Shown here: piece by piece, positions 11,950 to 25,095 of the stretch
How the letters are laid out: each line of letters begins with the position of its first letter
Position numbering within the stretch: position 1 is the first letter of the stretch
Assembly (NCBI GenBank): GCA_040285825.1
Contig: JAUPSS010000008.1
Location: 1,240,001 to 1,304,000 of the forward strand
From: Eukaryota sp. TZLM1-RC
Taxonomy: Eukaryota > Protista > Metamonada: BaSk clade
DNA: 64,000 nt
Direction: 5' to 3'
Made by a program: the position numbers and the translations under genes
Notes under the pieces: generated by a model
What the model was told of the DNA's origin: nothing
Database searches by the model: none
The model's input: only the letters and a program-made list of their open reading frames with translations

Positions 11950-13140
11950 GAAATAGTACTGTTTTAGTTTTTCCATGGGAACTGATGGTGTAAGTTGCTC
12001 CTTACAGCTTATAGGAGAAAATCAAGCTGGGAAGAGTCGCCTTAAGAAGCCCGAAGAAGATGAAAAAGATCCATATTTGACTGAAATTCCGCGATATGAG
12101 CTGATAAATAATATCTTCACAGTAATTGACCCTGGTATTATGGATCAATTGACGGCTGGGAAACGAAAATTAAATTGCTCAAATCCAAACAGCTTAACTG
12201 AACCACAGTCAGCCCCAACAGATTCAAGATTAGAATGGGAAGAATAACGTCAGGAAAAAACAAAGGAAGAAATAGAGGTTTTATTAACAAAAGACAAAAC
12301 ATAAGATTTAGACTTCAGGTCTTTTTTTTGCCAAAACAAATTTCTATTTCTCCAAATGAAAAAACAGAAAACAAAATTAAAGAATATAATTTCAAGAGGC
12401 TCACTGCTCCTCAAGGAAGAAATGAAACTCTGAACAAAGACCATCAAAAACTCTATAAGGATGGAAAAGAATCATGGATTTATCAAAACAAAACTGTAAA
12501 GGAGTGGGAAGAAGAATTTAAACAATTTTCAAAAAAAAATCTAGATCATGAAGAATTCCTATACTACTACAAGGCAAAAACAGCTCTTCTCTCCATGTTG
12601 GAGCTGTTTACTTTAATAAAGATAAGAGTCATGAAACTAAGAAGATTCATGGTCACAGAGAGGTTTGAAGCAAAACGGATGAATGTATTTGAAAATAAAT
12701 TTGGAGGTCCAAAAGATGACATTGTAGTGATGGGTTGGAAGCAAACCAATTTTAAACATCAAGCACCTACAAAGAATGTTGGTTATCGAAAGATGTTTAA
12801 AAACGTAGCTTCTTCTCTATTGCTGCTGGATGAATAAAGAACAAGTTATCGATGTCATGGAAGTGTACTCGAGAGAAAAGAAAGTGAAAATGTAAAGAAA
12901 CATCGAGTACCTTACCAAAGATCTTACAGGAGAGCAAAGACTCCAACAGTCCTGAGACATAAATTAATCACTTGCAAGAAATGCGGAACTCTATGGAATC
13001 GTAATGTCAATGCTCTTCTTAATATGATTCATGTTGTGGATCAGAAAGGAAATGAAAGACCTCATGTGTTGAAAAGATCAAGATTCATTTCATCTACAAT
13101 CTCAACGGGTTCCTACTATTTGACCTTTGTGTGCTATTAG
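11950..13140 (+). pseudogene. Fanzor1 pseudogene, family C (C-terminal half)
   Basis: GTDGVSCS; VIDPG (RuvC-I); VVMG; PTKNVG; DE*RTSYRC (RuvC-II, TAA at 12835); then in the same frame CKKCGTLWNRNVNALLNM (Zn finger, RuvC-III) and RPHVLKR; frame closes with TAG at 13138-13140. Confidence 0.85.
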
Positions 13141-13143
13141 CCG

Positions 13144-15471
13144 ATGTCTCCTCCAACTCCATCAAAACTCTTGGACAATCATGTTGGACGTATTTGTGAT
13201 GATCGTACTCCTGTCTCCCAAAAAGTTCTTATAGCGAAGGATCTTGTAATCAAAGTGTCTACATTATCAAAGCCTATTTCTCCAGATGATGCCAATATAG
13301 CAATCAACTCTCTCGTCAAACTCTTTGATGATCCCGACCCCCAACTTACTGCAATCGCCCTTTACTCAATGCGGCCCTTTGCACCTCATCTGTCAGACTT
13401 CTCCTCGCTTACTTCTATGATACTACCCTTTCTCACCTCAAAGTCACCTGATCTATGTCATCTTGCCCTCAAAATCCTCGTGCACACTACGCCGAAGGAA
13501 CCACAACTGTTGACGATTGTTTTGGAAGACTTGCTGAGTAATTCCAAGTCTGGGTGCCACTTAATTACCACTCTTTATTGCATCAAGTTTTTGCCAAAAA
13601 TGTTCACTGATTCAAACGGTGAATTAATTGTCAATAAGCTTCTTTATTTTATCAACTATCCTGCATATTCAAATGTTTGTCTCTATTCAATTGAAAAACT
13701 CTTACTTTTACGACCCACCCTAAGTTTGACTTTTTTCAATTGTTTAGTTTTCAACACCAGTCCTAATCATTTTTTATATTCATTGCCTATTTTATTTAGG
13801 GTGTTCAGACTTTGTTTATTTTATTTACAACGATGTTTTGATGTCAAAACCATTGAGCTGTCTTTAATTAGTAACTCTGTCAATTATTTTTCTTTTTCTG
13901 AATTTGTTTTGTTCCTTATTCGACACGAAATAAGTGTTTTCTCCATATCATTTTTGGAATCATTTACATCATTTATTATAAAGGAACTGAAAATATCTTT
14001 TGAACCTGATACGAATACAGTATCTTCGACAATTCAGTTCTCCAGTGAAGTTAGTCTTATTCTTTTATTTAAATTCAAATGTTTAATTCTTGTTCTTTGC
14101 TATATTTTCAAATTCAATCCACCTATTTCTTCTTCCTTAGCCACGGTCATCAATCATTTATGTGATTGGTGTCTTTCCCAGTCGTGGCAGGTACTTTCCC
14201 TTGGAGTTGATTGCTCTCCTGTACTTTGTAGAAATAGAAGGCATCTAACTAGTGCTGTTGTTAGATTGGCTTGTTATTTGGCTCATTTTACCACCAGTAC
14301 TGCAATCATTGATCAATTAGTGATTAAAATCCAAATGCTGTCTAATATTTGTCCTTCCTGTTCCTTTGTCTTCCTTTATTCGTTCAAGAATTTCAACATT
14401 TTGTCTAAAACATCTGAAAATAAGGAATTTCTGGCAACTTGTTTGTTACAAAGGCTCTCGACTGATAATTTCAATGATAAAAGATTGAAAGAATGTAGAC
14501 TGGTATGTGATTTGATTGTTGAAACTCAGTTTTTAATATCAAACCCTTCCTTTATTGACACTTTGCCACTATTTCCTCGTGGATTGCTGCTATTTGCACT
14601 TATTAAACATCTCTATTTCATCCCTGTAAGTTTTTATCCTGCTATTACTGACAGTTGTTCCAAATACAGTAGGAATTTGTTAGACTCGACATTAACTAAA
14701 TGCGATGAATCTTTTACTGCAGTGTTTGAGATAGTTGGGATAATGGTGACGGTATTTAATTCTTCGTTGACCATCTCTGAACGAATTGGTGCAGTTGATG
14801 CTTGCATTTCCAAGTTGATGGACGTCAATGGTGATGTTGCATCTAAATTTGGACTAATTAGATCTTTTTTGTATGCATTAAAGAAACTTTTATTAATTCA
14901 AAGGGATTATCTAATGTTATTGGTCCCTAATCCCAATCTGACAGAGTCCCTTTCACAAACAATCAGTGAATTAAGAACAGTTAGCCGCTTGTGTCACTCA
15001 ACCACGTTGTCTTCGTTACGTTGTTTCAGCAAGTTAGAGAATTTTGGCTATGATCTCAGAAGCGCTACTAGTGTGTATGTGGACCCAGCCTCGTTTTATC
15101 AAATTTTAGTTCCATTTACGACAAGAATAATACCATTTCCTCGTGTTTTGCTCTCTTTTAAGGAATGTCTCTCTGTAAGTGTAGAGTTCCATAGGGCTTT
15201 GTCTAGGGTTTTGGTTAGTATTTCCGGTTTGCATCCTAATAGAAGACCATTCTTGAAGATTCTTGTGGAATTTGAACTTAGTTCTCTTTCAAGGTTTCTT
15301 TCCCCTTTCCTCAATGCAGATCACAATGGGAAGACTTCTGTTAGCGTCACTGTTCCGTTAGAAGTTGGTGAGGTGTCCAAAAGGCACGGGTTTGTTAGAT
15401 TCAAAGGTAAAGCTAAACTAGTGGATGTGGAGAGAAATGTCTGGGGGAAGGTGTGTGAATTTGAGTTTTAA
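13144..15471 (+). CDS. HEAT/ARM-repeat protein, possibly Integrator subunit 7-like
   Basis: 775-aa intact ORF; N-terminal HEAT repeats (LFDDPDPQLTAIALYSM); beta-rich C-terminus after IPFPRVLL; the INTS7 resemblance is weak. Confidence 0.5.
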   Translation: MSPPTPSKLLDNHVGRICDDRTPVSQKVLIAKDLVIKVSTLSKPISPDDANIAINSLVKLFDDPDPQLTAIALYSMRPFAPHLSDFSSLTSMILPFLTSKSPDLCHLALKILVHTTPKEPQLLTIVLEDLLSNSKSGCHLITTLYCIKFLPKMFTDSNGELIVNKLLYFINYPAYSNVCLYSIEKLLLLRPTLSLTFFNCLVFNTSPNHFLYSLPILFRVFRLCLFYLQRCFDVKTIELSLISNSVNYFSFSEFVLFLIRHEISVFSISFLESFTSFIIKELKISFEPDTNTVSSTIQFSSEVSLILLFKFKCLILVLCYIFKFNPPISSSLATVINHLCDWCLSQSWQVLSLGVDCSPVLCRNRRHLTSAVVRLACYLAHFTTSTAIIDQLVIKIQMLSNICPSCSFVFLYSFKNFNILSKTSENKEFLATCLLQRLSTDNFNDKRLKECRLVCDLIVETQFLISNPSFIDTLPLFPRGLLLFALIKHLYFIPVSFYPAITDSCSKYSRNLLDSTLTKCDESFTAVFEIVGIMVTVFNSSLTISERIGAVDACISKLMDVNGDVASKFGLIRSFLYALKKLLLIQRDYLMLLVPNPNLTESLSQTISELRTVSRLCHSTTLSSLRCFSKLENFGYDLRSATSVYVDPASFYQILVPFTTRIIPFPRVLLSFKECLSVSVEFHRALSRVLVSISGLHPNRRPFLKILVEFELSSLSRFLSPFLNADHNGKTSVSVTVPLEVGEVSKRHGFVRFKGKAKLVDVERNVWGKVCEFEF

Positions 15472-15849
15472 ACAGTAATAATTGAGTTTTAAATTAAGCT
15501 TTAATGATAATTCAGAAAAATGCTAATAAATAGATTCTATCTAATAATGTTATCTTGTACTCTCTAATCTTGTATTTTATTTTTTCTTTGCCAGTCGTTG
15601 ATCTTTGTAGTTTCTTTAGGTTTACACTATATAGGGAAGTGAGAGTGGGTAATTCAGAATATGTTCAGGGTACTGGCAACGTCTCTATCTCAATGGACCC
15701 CACTATCACCATTTTGACATCACAAAATTTTACGGCAAGGGCTTAGTTTTCAATTATCTATTTACTTTCATGTTCTAAATTTTGTGATGGGTATTTCCTC
15801 CCGATCCACAAAGCCAATCACATCATTTTGCGCTTTTATTTATTGAACT

Positions 15850-16772
15850 TCCACGCTGAACAAAATAAACTCAGAACTAATGGAACGAAATTTATTGAAC
15901 CAAGATTTCCTCTACAAAATCTTGATCTACTTGCTGTCTCACTAAAGCTTCTCTATTTCGATTGAAAAAACGAGTTAATCTATGAATTATGGCAAATTGA
16001 ATTCCAGATCGCCATAAGAAGATATCAAATCTTTTCATTGTTTTTTCTTGAACCATTTTTTAGAAATCATTGAAAAAAGTTCCTGCTTCTTCTGATAATC
16101 TTCCGTTGATCGAAAATGGGAAATCAATAAAAACTAGTGGGTTTTTCTATCAACATTAGCTTCTTCGATATCTTTGTCATATTTTCTAGGTTTTTCTTTG
16201 GCTTTAAATTCAAGAGCAGTCACAGGATTAAGTTTTCTTCTTTGAACCAAAAAGTCATTTGCAACATTACAGGAGACAAAGTCAACAACAGCTTCAGAGT
16301 TCTCAATCCAATCACAGTATATATCACCTCTATCATCAGAACCGAAATTATTCAATGACAGTGTTTCCTTCAGCAGAAGTTCTTTGATACACAAGATTTT
16401 TGCAGTTCGTGCCAAATTAAAAACAGTGTCTCTAACAGCATCATGTAATGAAGAACGAGAAGTTGTTCTTTTCAATTTCGAACAATTCAGAGCATGACGT
16501 TTAGTGAGCTGTGGTGAATTCGAACAAATACATTTTTCTTTTAATAATAATTGATTAATGGGAATATTCAAATATAATCTCATTTTTGTTACAAACGCTT
16601 CATTATTAGCACACAGTCCAAATCTTCGTGGTACAATGGTTACAAAAAGTGAAAAATCTATTGGTTGATTTTCACAAACACTCTTTTCCAATAGCAAAGA
16701 GTGAAGATCTTGATTTAAAACAGCTGTACATATTTTTATAAAGATCACTTTTATACATTCCATTCAGTCGTT
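15850..16772 (-). mobile_element. CRE-like non-LTR retrotransposon, 3' part of an antisense copy (continues at 23068-23330)
   Basis: CICSN...HALNC, RSSLHDAVRD and DRGDIY RLE motifs; reverse complement of the 22140-23060 region. Confidence 0.9.
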
Positions 16773-19736
16773 TTTTTTTCTTCCTCTACATATAACCGTT
16801 TAACTTAAAACCTGGCTGAACGGAGATCATTGCTTCTATTCTTTCTTGTTGATGCCTGAATCAGTTTCTGATTCTAATGGAGTCAAAAGAAAGAACGATA
16901 GTCAACAAGATGTTCAAGACGTCCTTTCCACCTCTCCTCCTCAACCCCTTCTCTCTTCATTTTTGGACAAAAAAATTTCTGATCAAAAATTTTTAGACAA
17001 TCACGATGAAAACAAAGTTTGTTCAAAAACAAAGCCACGCTTCTACAGATGCTCAAAGTGTCGACAACAGGGACATAATGCTCGAACATGCCCCAATGTT
17101 GGAAAAAATGATGCGGCAAATTCTGAAACACAATGTAAAAGAAAATTTATTAGAAGGAAAGAGTCTAAGGTAGAACCCATAAATAATGCTCCACAAATTG
17201 TTGCAAAACCAGTTTGCAACCGATTAAAGCACAAAACTTGCAACACTTGTGGTATTTCTTTTAGAAAAAATGCAAAAGGAAAAACTTCTGATCGATGCTT
17301 GAAATGTCGCATAGTTGATAACTACCATCCTCCTATAAGAATACCTCAAGAAATTCATCCGACCAAATGCAATGAATTTGCTTTCGTTTTTCAAAGATTT
17401 TTGGATCAATTATGTAAAGGAAAGTATGCTATCAATATTATTTGGGAATTTTTTGATTCTTTTTGTCCTCCTTTTGAACAAAATTTCGTTAATATTTCCG
17501 AAGATTTAACTAATATAGCACCGAGAAATCAGTCATCCGAGAAATTAAGTAAAATTTTTGAAGACAAATGCTTTGACAACAAATGGTCCAAGGCTTTATC
17601 AGCTTCAAGTCCCGGAGTCAAAGCACCGAACAATGAAAATACAATAGATAAACTGAAAATACTTCATCCTTATGAAGACCCTATAATGGATCAAAATTTT
17701 TACGGCACATACTGGGAAAATTATCCATTGATGCCATCAGAAGTTTTTTCGGTTATCAAAAAGAGACCTCGTGGTAAGTCTGCCGGACTTTCTGGTATTA
17801 CTATTGATCATGTAAAAGCCGCGATTATTTCTTCAGAAGATTGCCTTGGTTTATTGACCAAATTTTTCAACCAAATATTATCTGGTCAACGCAAATACCC
17901 AGAAGAATTAAGAAGTTCTCGTTTGACTGCACTTGTCAAAAATTCAAAAATGGATGTTCGTCCTATTGCAGTCTCTGAGAGCTTACACAATATTTTTTCT
18001 GCGTGTTGCTTAAGCAGGTTCAATGAAAAAGCTAAAAAGATTTTATTACCCTTTCAATATGGTATAAATACTACAGATGGAGTCTCTTCAGCGATTTTTG
18101 CTACTGATGTCTTATTTCGTCAAAATGAATCCAATGTTTGCATGTCATTGGATTTTAGTAATGCTTTCAATTCACTAAGTCGTCGCAGTATCCATGGTGC
18201 TCTATTGCAATATATTCCGGAATTAATACCATATTTTCAATCAACATATTGCACATATTCTAATTTACATTTTGGTAACAACATTTTGAGTTCATCAAGT
18301 GGTGTAAAGCAAGGAGATCCGTTAGGACCTCTTTTGTTTTGTTTGGCCATTCATCCTATTCTACTGCAAATTCAAGAGATGTTTCCTTCGCTAAAAATGA
18401 TTGCATATATGGATGATGTTGTGCTTATTGGTGATTTAAATATTGTGAAAAAAGCAACTGTATGTTTTAAAGAATTATTTACCAAAATTGGTCTCCGTCT
18501 TAATTTACTTAAATGTGTTTTGTTATCGAATTCTCCAGTTTCCACAATAATTGATGATATTGAAATTCAAGCCAAATTATATTCAATTGATGCTATTCGT
18601 CATTTGGGTTCATTTTTAGGAAATAATGATGAAATTACCAAAAATTGTTTGAAAAGTTGAACTCAATTTCTGACAAAATTGACCGAATGATGAATTTAGA
18701 TATAAAAAACACATCAAATTTACCATTATAAGACTGTGTTTTAGTTCCAATTTTAATCATATATTTCGATCTACAAATCCTCTCGTCACTAGACCTTTGG
18801 CTCAAAAGTTTAATGAGTTACGTGCAAAAGTTCTGTCTCAATTACTGGGATGTAAAATGTTTCAAATTCCAGATCATGCTTACCTTAGTCCACATTATGG
18901 TGGTTTAGGGTGGACGAAGGCTTCTATTCTTACCTCGTGTGCTTTTGTTGGTGGATGCAGAAATGCAATCTTTGAGTTTTCCGAAAGATTTGCAGATTGG
19001 GAAGATTTATTGATGACAACACAAAGTTCCACTATTTTTGCATTAAATGAAGGAATTTCAAAAATTGATGTAGAAAAACGGGGTCGATGTTTTCCCCAAT
19101 CATTCAATGGCAATATTTCAGAAAAAAATGTTTTAAATTTGAAGTACACTCTTCGAACATTACAGAAACGATTGACTGGGATGTATGAAAAAGATCTTTA
19201 TAATAATATTTGCAGCTCGGCTGTTTTAAATCAAGATCTTCACTCATTGTTATTGGAAAAGGGTGTTTGTGAAAACAAGGCGTCAGATTCTTCACTTTTT
19301 GTAACCATTGTACCACGAAGATTTGGATTGTGTGCCACTAATGATGCATTTGTAACAAAAATGAGATTATATTTGAACATCCCCATTAACCAATTATTAT
19401 TAAAGGAAAAATGTATTTGTTCGAATTCACCACAGCTCATTTAGCGCCATGCTCTAAATTGTTCAAAATTGATATCTTATCGTTCTTTATCACATGACGC
19501 TGTTGGAGACACTGTTTTAATATGGCACGAACTGCAAAAATCTTGTGTGTCAAAGAGCCTCTGCTGAAAGAATCACTGTGATTGAATAATTTTAGTTCTG
19601 ATGACAAAGGTGATATATACTGTGATTGGATTGAGAACTCTGGAAAATTGTTGTTGACTTTGTCTCCTGTGTTATTGCAAATGACTTTTTGGTTTAAAGA
19701 AGAAAACTTAATTTTGTAGATGCTCTTGAATTTAAT
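16773..19736 (+). mobile_element. CRE-clade non-LTR retrotransposon, copy 1 (5'-complete, 3'-truncated, frameshifted)
   Basis: ATG at 16852; CCHC knuckle CSKCRQQGHNARTC; RT motifs RPIAVSE, QYGI, DFSNAFNS, GVKQGDPLGPLLF, YMDD; RLE region broken off at ~19736. Confidence 0.93.
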
Positions 19737-22700
19737 TCTTTTTTCCTTCCTCTACATAAAACCGTTTAACTTAAAACCTGGCTGAACTGTGACCATTGCT
19801 TCTATTCTTTCTTGTTGATGCCTGAATCAGTTTCTGATTCTAATGGAGTCAAAAGAAAGAACGATAGACAACAAGATGCTCAAGACGTCCTTTCCACCTC
19901 TCCTCCTCAACCTCTTCTGTCTTCATGTTTGGACAAAAAAATTTCTGATCAAGAATTTTTTTTAGAAAATCACGATGAAAACAAAGTTTGTTCAAAAACG
20001 AAGCCACGCTCCTACAGATGCTCAAAGTGTCGACAACAAGGACATAATGCGCGAACATGCCCCAATGTTGGAAAAAATGATGTGACAAATTCTGAAACAA
20101 AATGTAAAAGAAAATATATTAGAAGAAAAGAGTCTAAGGTAGAACCAATAAATGATGATCCACAAGTTGTTGCAAAACCAGTTAGCAATTGATTGAAGCA
20201 CAAAACTTGCAACAATTGTGGTATTTCTTTTAGAAAAAATGCAAAGGAAAAACTTCTGATCGATGCTTGAAATGCCGCATAGTTGATATCTACCATCCTC
20301 CCATAAGAATACTTCAAGAAATTCATCCGTCAAAATGCAATGAATTTGCTTTCGTTTTTCAAAGATTTATGGATCAATTATGTAAAGGAAAGTATGCTAT
20401 CAATAATCTTTGGGAATTCTTTGGTTCTTTTTGTCCTCCTTTTGAACAAAATTTCGTAAATAATTCCGAAAATTTAACTAATATAGCACCGAGAAATCAG
20501 TCATCTGAGAAATTAAGTAAAATTTTTGAAGAGAAATGCTTTGACAACAAATGGTCCAAGGCTTTGTCAGCTTTAAGTCCCGGAGTTAAAGAACCCAACA
20601 ATGAAAATACAATAGATAAACTAAAAGTACTTCATCCTTATGAAGACCTTATAATGGATCAAAATTTTTACGGCACTTACTGGGAAAATTATCCATTGAT
20701 GCCATCAGAAGTTTTTTCGGTGATAAAAAAGAGACCACGCGGTAAGTCTGCCGGACTTTCTGGTATTACTATTGATCATGTAAAAGCCGCAATTATTTCT
20801 TCAGAGGATTGTCTTGGTTTATTAACCAAATTTTTCAACATGGACAACTCAAATATCCAGATGAATTAAGAAGTTCTCGTTTGACTGCACTTGTCAAAAA
20901 TTCAAAAATGGATGTTCGTCCTATTGCAGTCTCTGAGAGCTTACAAATTATTTTTTCTGCGTGTTGCTTAAACAGGTTCAATGAGAAAGCAAAAAAGATT
21001 TTATTACCCTTTCAATATGGAATTAATACCACGGATGGAGTCTCTTCAGCGATATTTGCTACTGATGTATTATTTCGCCAAAAGGAATCCAATGTTTGTA
21101 TGTCATTGGATTTTAGTAATGCTTTCAATTCACTAAGTCATCGCAGTATCCATAATGCTCTATTGCAATATATGCCGGAATTAATGCCATATTTTCAATC
21201 AACATATTGCACATATTCTAATTTACATTTTGATAATAGCAATTTGAGTTCATCAAGTGGTGTAAAGCAAGGAGATCCGTTAGGACCTCTTTTGTTTTGT
21301 TTGGCCATTCATCCTATTTTATTACAAATTCAAGAGATGTTTCCTTCACTAAAAATGATTGCGTATATGGATGATGTTGTGCTTATTGGTGATTTAAATA
21401 TTGTGAAACCAGCAACTGTATGTTTTAAAGAATTATTTACCAAAATTGGTCTCCGACTTAATTTACTTAAATGTGTTTTGTTATCGAATTTTCCAGTTTC
21501 CACAATAGTTGATGGTATTAAAAGTCAAGCCAAATTATATTCAATTGATGCTATTCGTCATTTGGGTTCGTTTTTAGGAAATAATAGTGAAATTACCAAA
21601 AAAATTGTTTGAATAGTTGAAATCAATTTCTGACAAAATTGACCAAATGATGAATTTAGATATAAAATACACATCAAATTTACCATTATAAGACTGTGTT
21701 TTAGTTCCAACTTCAATCATATATTTCGATCTACAAATCCTCTCATCACTAGACCTTTGGCTCAGAAGTTTAATGAATTACGTGCAAAAGTTCTGTCTCA
21801 ATTACTGGGATGTAAAATGTTCCAAATTCTAGATCATGCTTACCTTAGTCCACATTATGGCGGTTTAGGGTGGACGAAGGCTTCTATTCTTACCTCGTGT
21901 GCTTTTGTTGGTGGATGCAGAAATGCAATCTTTGAGTTTTCCAAAAGATTTGCAGATTGGGAAGATTTATTGATGACAACACAAAGTTCCACTGTTTTTG
22001 CATTAAATGAAGGAATTTCAAAAATTGATGTAGAAAAACGGGGTCGATGTTTTCCCCAATCATTCAATGGCAATATTTCAGAAAAAAATGTTTTAAATTT
22101 GAAGTACACTCTTCGAACATTACAGAAACGATTGACTGGGATGTATGAAAAAGATCTTTATAATAATATATGCAGCTCGGCTGTTTTAAATCAAGATCTT
22201 CACTCATTGTTTTAGGAAAAGGGTGTTTGTGAAAACAAGTCATCAGATTCTTCACTTTTTGTAACCATTGTACCACGAAGATTTGGATTGTGTGCCACTA
22301 ATGAAGCATTTGTAACAAAAATGAGATTATATTTGAATATCCCCATTAATCAATTATTATCAAAAGAAAAATGTATTTGTTCGAATTCACCTCAACTCAC
22401 TTTGCGCCATGCTCTGAATTGCTCTAAATTGATAACTTATCGTTCTTCATTACAAGATGCTGTTAGAGACACTGTTTTCAATATGGCACAAACTGCAAGG
22501 ATATCGTGTATCAAAGAGCCCCTGCTGAAGGAAACACTTTCTCTGAATAATTTTGGTTCTGATGATAGAGGTGATGTATACTGTGATTGGATTGATAATT
22601 CTTAAGCTATTGTTGACTTTGTCTCATGTAATGTTGCAAATGATACTTTGGTTCACAGAAGAAAACTTAATCCTGTGGCTGCTCTGGATTTTAAAGCAAA

Positions 22701-23067
22701 GGAAAAACATGGAAAATATGATAAAGAAATTGAAGAGGCAAATGTCGATAGAAATACACAGCTGGTTTTTATTGCTTTCCCATTTTCGATAAATGGAAGA
22801 TTATCAGTTGAAGCAGAAACTTTTTTGGATGACTTCCAAAAAATGGTGAAAGAAAAAACAATGAAAAGATTTGATATTTTTTTATGGCGTTCACGGATTC
22901 AATTTGCCATTATTAATAGATTACCGCGGTTTTTCAATCGAATTAGAGAAGCTTTAGCTAGACAGCAAGCAAATCAAGATTTTGTAGAGGAAATCTTGGT
23001 TTAATGATAGTCGTCCCATTAGTTATGATTTAATTTAATCAAGTGTGCAAATTCAATAAATATAAGT
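19737..23067 (+). mobile_element. CRE-clade non-LTR retrotransposon, copy 2 (full length, multiple frameshifts/stops)
   Basis: Same 5' UTR as copy 1; ZnF, RT (YMDD), CCHC and RLE (DRGDVY, KEKHGKY, FPFSINGRL); 3' UTR ending CAATAAA. Confidence 0.93.
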
Positions 23068-23330
23068 ATTCAGTCGTTCTTGTAATGTTCGAAAAGTGTA
23101 TTTTAAATTTATATAATTCTTTTCGGGTATATTGCCATTGAGTGATAGGGAAAGCATCGACTCCATTTTTCTTCATCAATTTTTGAAATTTCTTCATTTA
23201 ATGCAAAAATAGTAGAACTTTGTGTTGTCACTAATAAATCATCCCAATCTGCAAATGTTTTAGAAAACTCAAATATTGCATTTCTGCATCCACCAATAAA
23301 AACACACGAAGTAAGAATTGAGGCTTCAGG
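23068..23330 (-). mobile_element. CRE-like element, upstream piece of the antisense copy split by the 16773-23067 insertion
   Basis: Reverse complement encodes ...LKYTFRTLQERLN, which joins the 16772 end; shares ATTCAGTCGTT with the left junction. Confidence 0.85.
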
Positions 23331-23624
23331 ATTTAATTTAGGCTTTTAATCTGTTGATTCAGGTGGCGTTGCTCCTTTTTGTTTATATATATGTAAAAAT
23401 TTGGTGTCTAAACCAATTGTCTTGATTAATTGGGCACAGCATTCATTGTTCAGCAATTTCATCTTGATAGATTGCTTGAATTGAGAAACGGCTAACATTT
23501 GGTCCGATAATTCATTTACAAAAACCTCAAAATTAGTAACATTGGAAGTAAATTCTTGAAGCTGGAAAATTGGATGAGTTTCAATGATTTCCTACTAGTA
23601 GAGTTGCACAAAAGACTTACCAGA

Positions 23625-23980
23625 AAAACTTTGGCACAGTTAGGTAGAGTGGAACATGTGAAATATCAGTTTGTGCCGTTTGCTATTTCTCTTTTTGGCA
23701 ATATTGGACCTTCAGGGTTGCACTTTTTGGAAAATTTTAAAAAAGTGTTACTGAATAGGTCTGGTAAAACAATGAACTCCTCTTTCTGGTTAAATAGAAT
23801 TGTTTTTTGCATTTTCAAGTCTATTCCAACAATGATTTCAAAGGCATTTTTAGCTATTGGTGTAGAATATGAACGTAATGCTGTGAGTAGGTTCAGTAAC
23901 AGTGACGCTTGTTTGGAGGATATTGAATTCTAGATGGTTATTTTTATCTCAATAAATATTCCAGTTTTTAAAAAAAAAGA
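23625..23980 (+). mobile_element. RLE non-LTR 3' fragment (family 3) with A-rich tail
   Basis: FVPFAISLFGNIG...FWLNRIVFCIFK; near-identical to 36450-36795 on the minus strand. Confidence 0.8.
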
Positions 23981-25014
23981 AGAACTAATAATATAAAAAT
24001 TTTAATAATTTATCATTTCTTCCTTTCTTTTGTCTTTTATTTCCATTTGATCCAATTCTTTCATATCTACCATTCCACTTTCTTCATGTCATCCATTCCC
24101 AATTCATCAGCAAATCAACTCAACGTCAATGGCACAAATTACAAATCATTCAGGCAGCCAAATCCTGTATTTTCTTCCCTTATTCGTCTTAAAAAATGGG
24201 TGTTCCACTTTTCCCGGTTGCAGAAGCACTAAAAACCCCACCCCAAAGTCCTATGCGTCCAGTATACTATAGTATAGTATTTCAATTTGGATGAAACTCA
24301 TTGACCCACAGCTTATTTTACCATTGTTGTGAAACTATCAACATGAAGTGACAAAGAATGAAAACGTTTTTTCCAGGCGACGTCGCATGCAACTCTAGGA
24401 ATTCCTCTTCACCTTTTAGTTGTCTGACAGTTTTAGTATTAGAAGAACTTTTAATGCTTTCATTGTTTACGTTTTTTTGACCTGTTATAGTGAAAGGTCA
24501 CAATTTCGTCTTCTCACAGAGTAAGAAGGAATAATTAGTTTATTCTTCTTGATGCTTTTTTCTTTTTTTCTTGTCATTTTCACACATCTAGTTTTTTTGA
24601 TAAATTATGCTGATTCAGTAATATTTGCTCCATCAGAAAGAATATCACACAACTCAAGAGGATAGGAGTGACTGATTTCGGTAGCAATAGGAATTACAAA
24701 CTCTGGTTCCACTTTTGCTTTATGTTGATTTAGGTCTGTCAGCAATCAGCTTACCTTTTCATGAGATCTGTTCATTATCACTCAGATCATGAAATTTTTT
24801 TCAACTTTCCCTTTTTGTTTAACTTTACATTTTTCATATTATTTCTCTTTTATTAAAGCGGAACACTAAAGCAATCTATCAGAATGCCACCGTCAAATAT
24901 GTGCCCACTGGCAATTTTGCTTAAGGCAAAAATTTTCCCCAAGTCTTACGATTTTGTTCATAGATCTCCACAATTTCATCTTAGTTAAACATTAAAAATA
25001 GTAAAAAACAGAAG

Positions 25015-25095
25015 TGTTGGCGCCCTTAGGCTTTTATAATATGAATAGAAAATTAATTATCTTTATCTCAACCACTTTTGCAACCTACGGCATCA
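25015..25095 (+). repeat. Putative ~81-bp 5' LTR of element C
   Basis: TGTTG...CCTACGGCATCA followed by GTAATTATTG, paralleling ...CCTAACGGCAACA ATAATTATTG of element B; shares the internal AATTAT...TATCTYAAC block; left boundary uncertain. Confidence 0.6.

Noticed and set aside
24000-25010. Possible decayed element and a small hairpin TTTTGC-TTAAG-GCAAAA (~24915)
   Set aside because: No partner terminus or protein motif found
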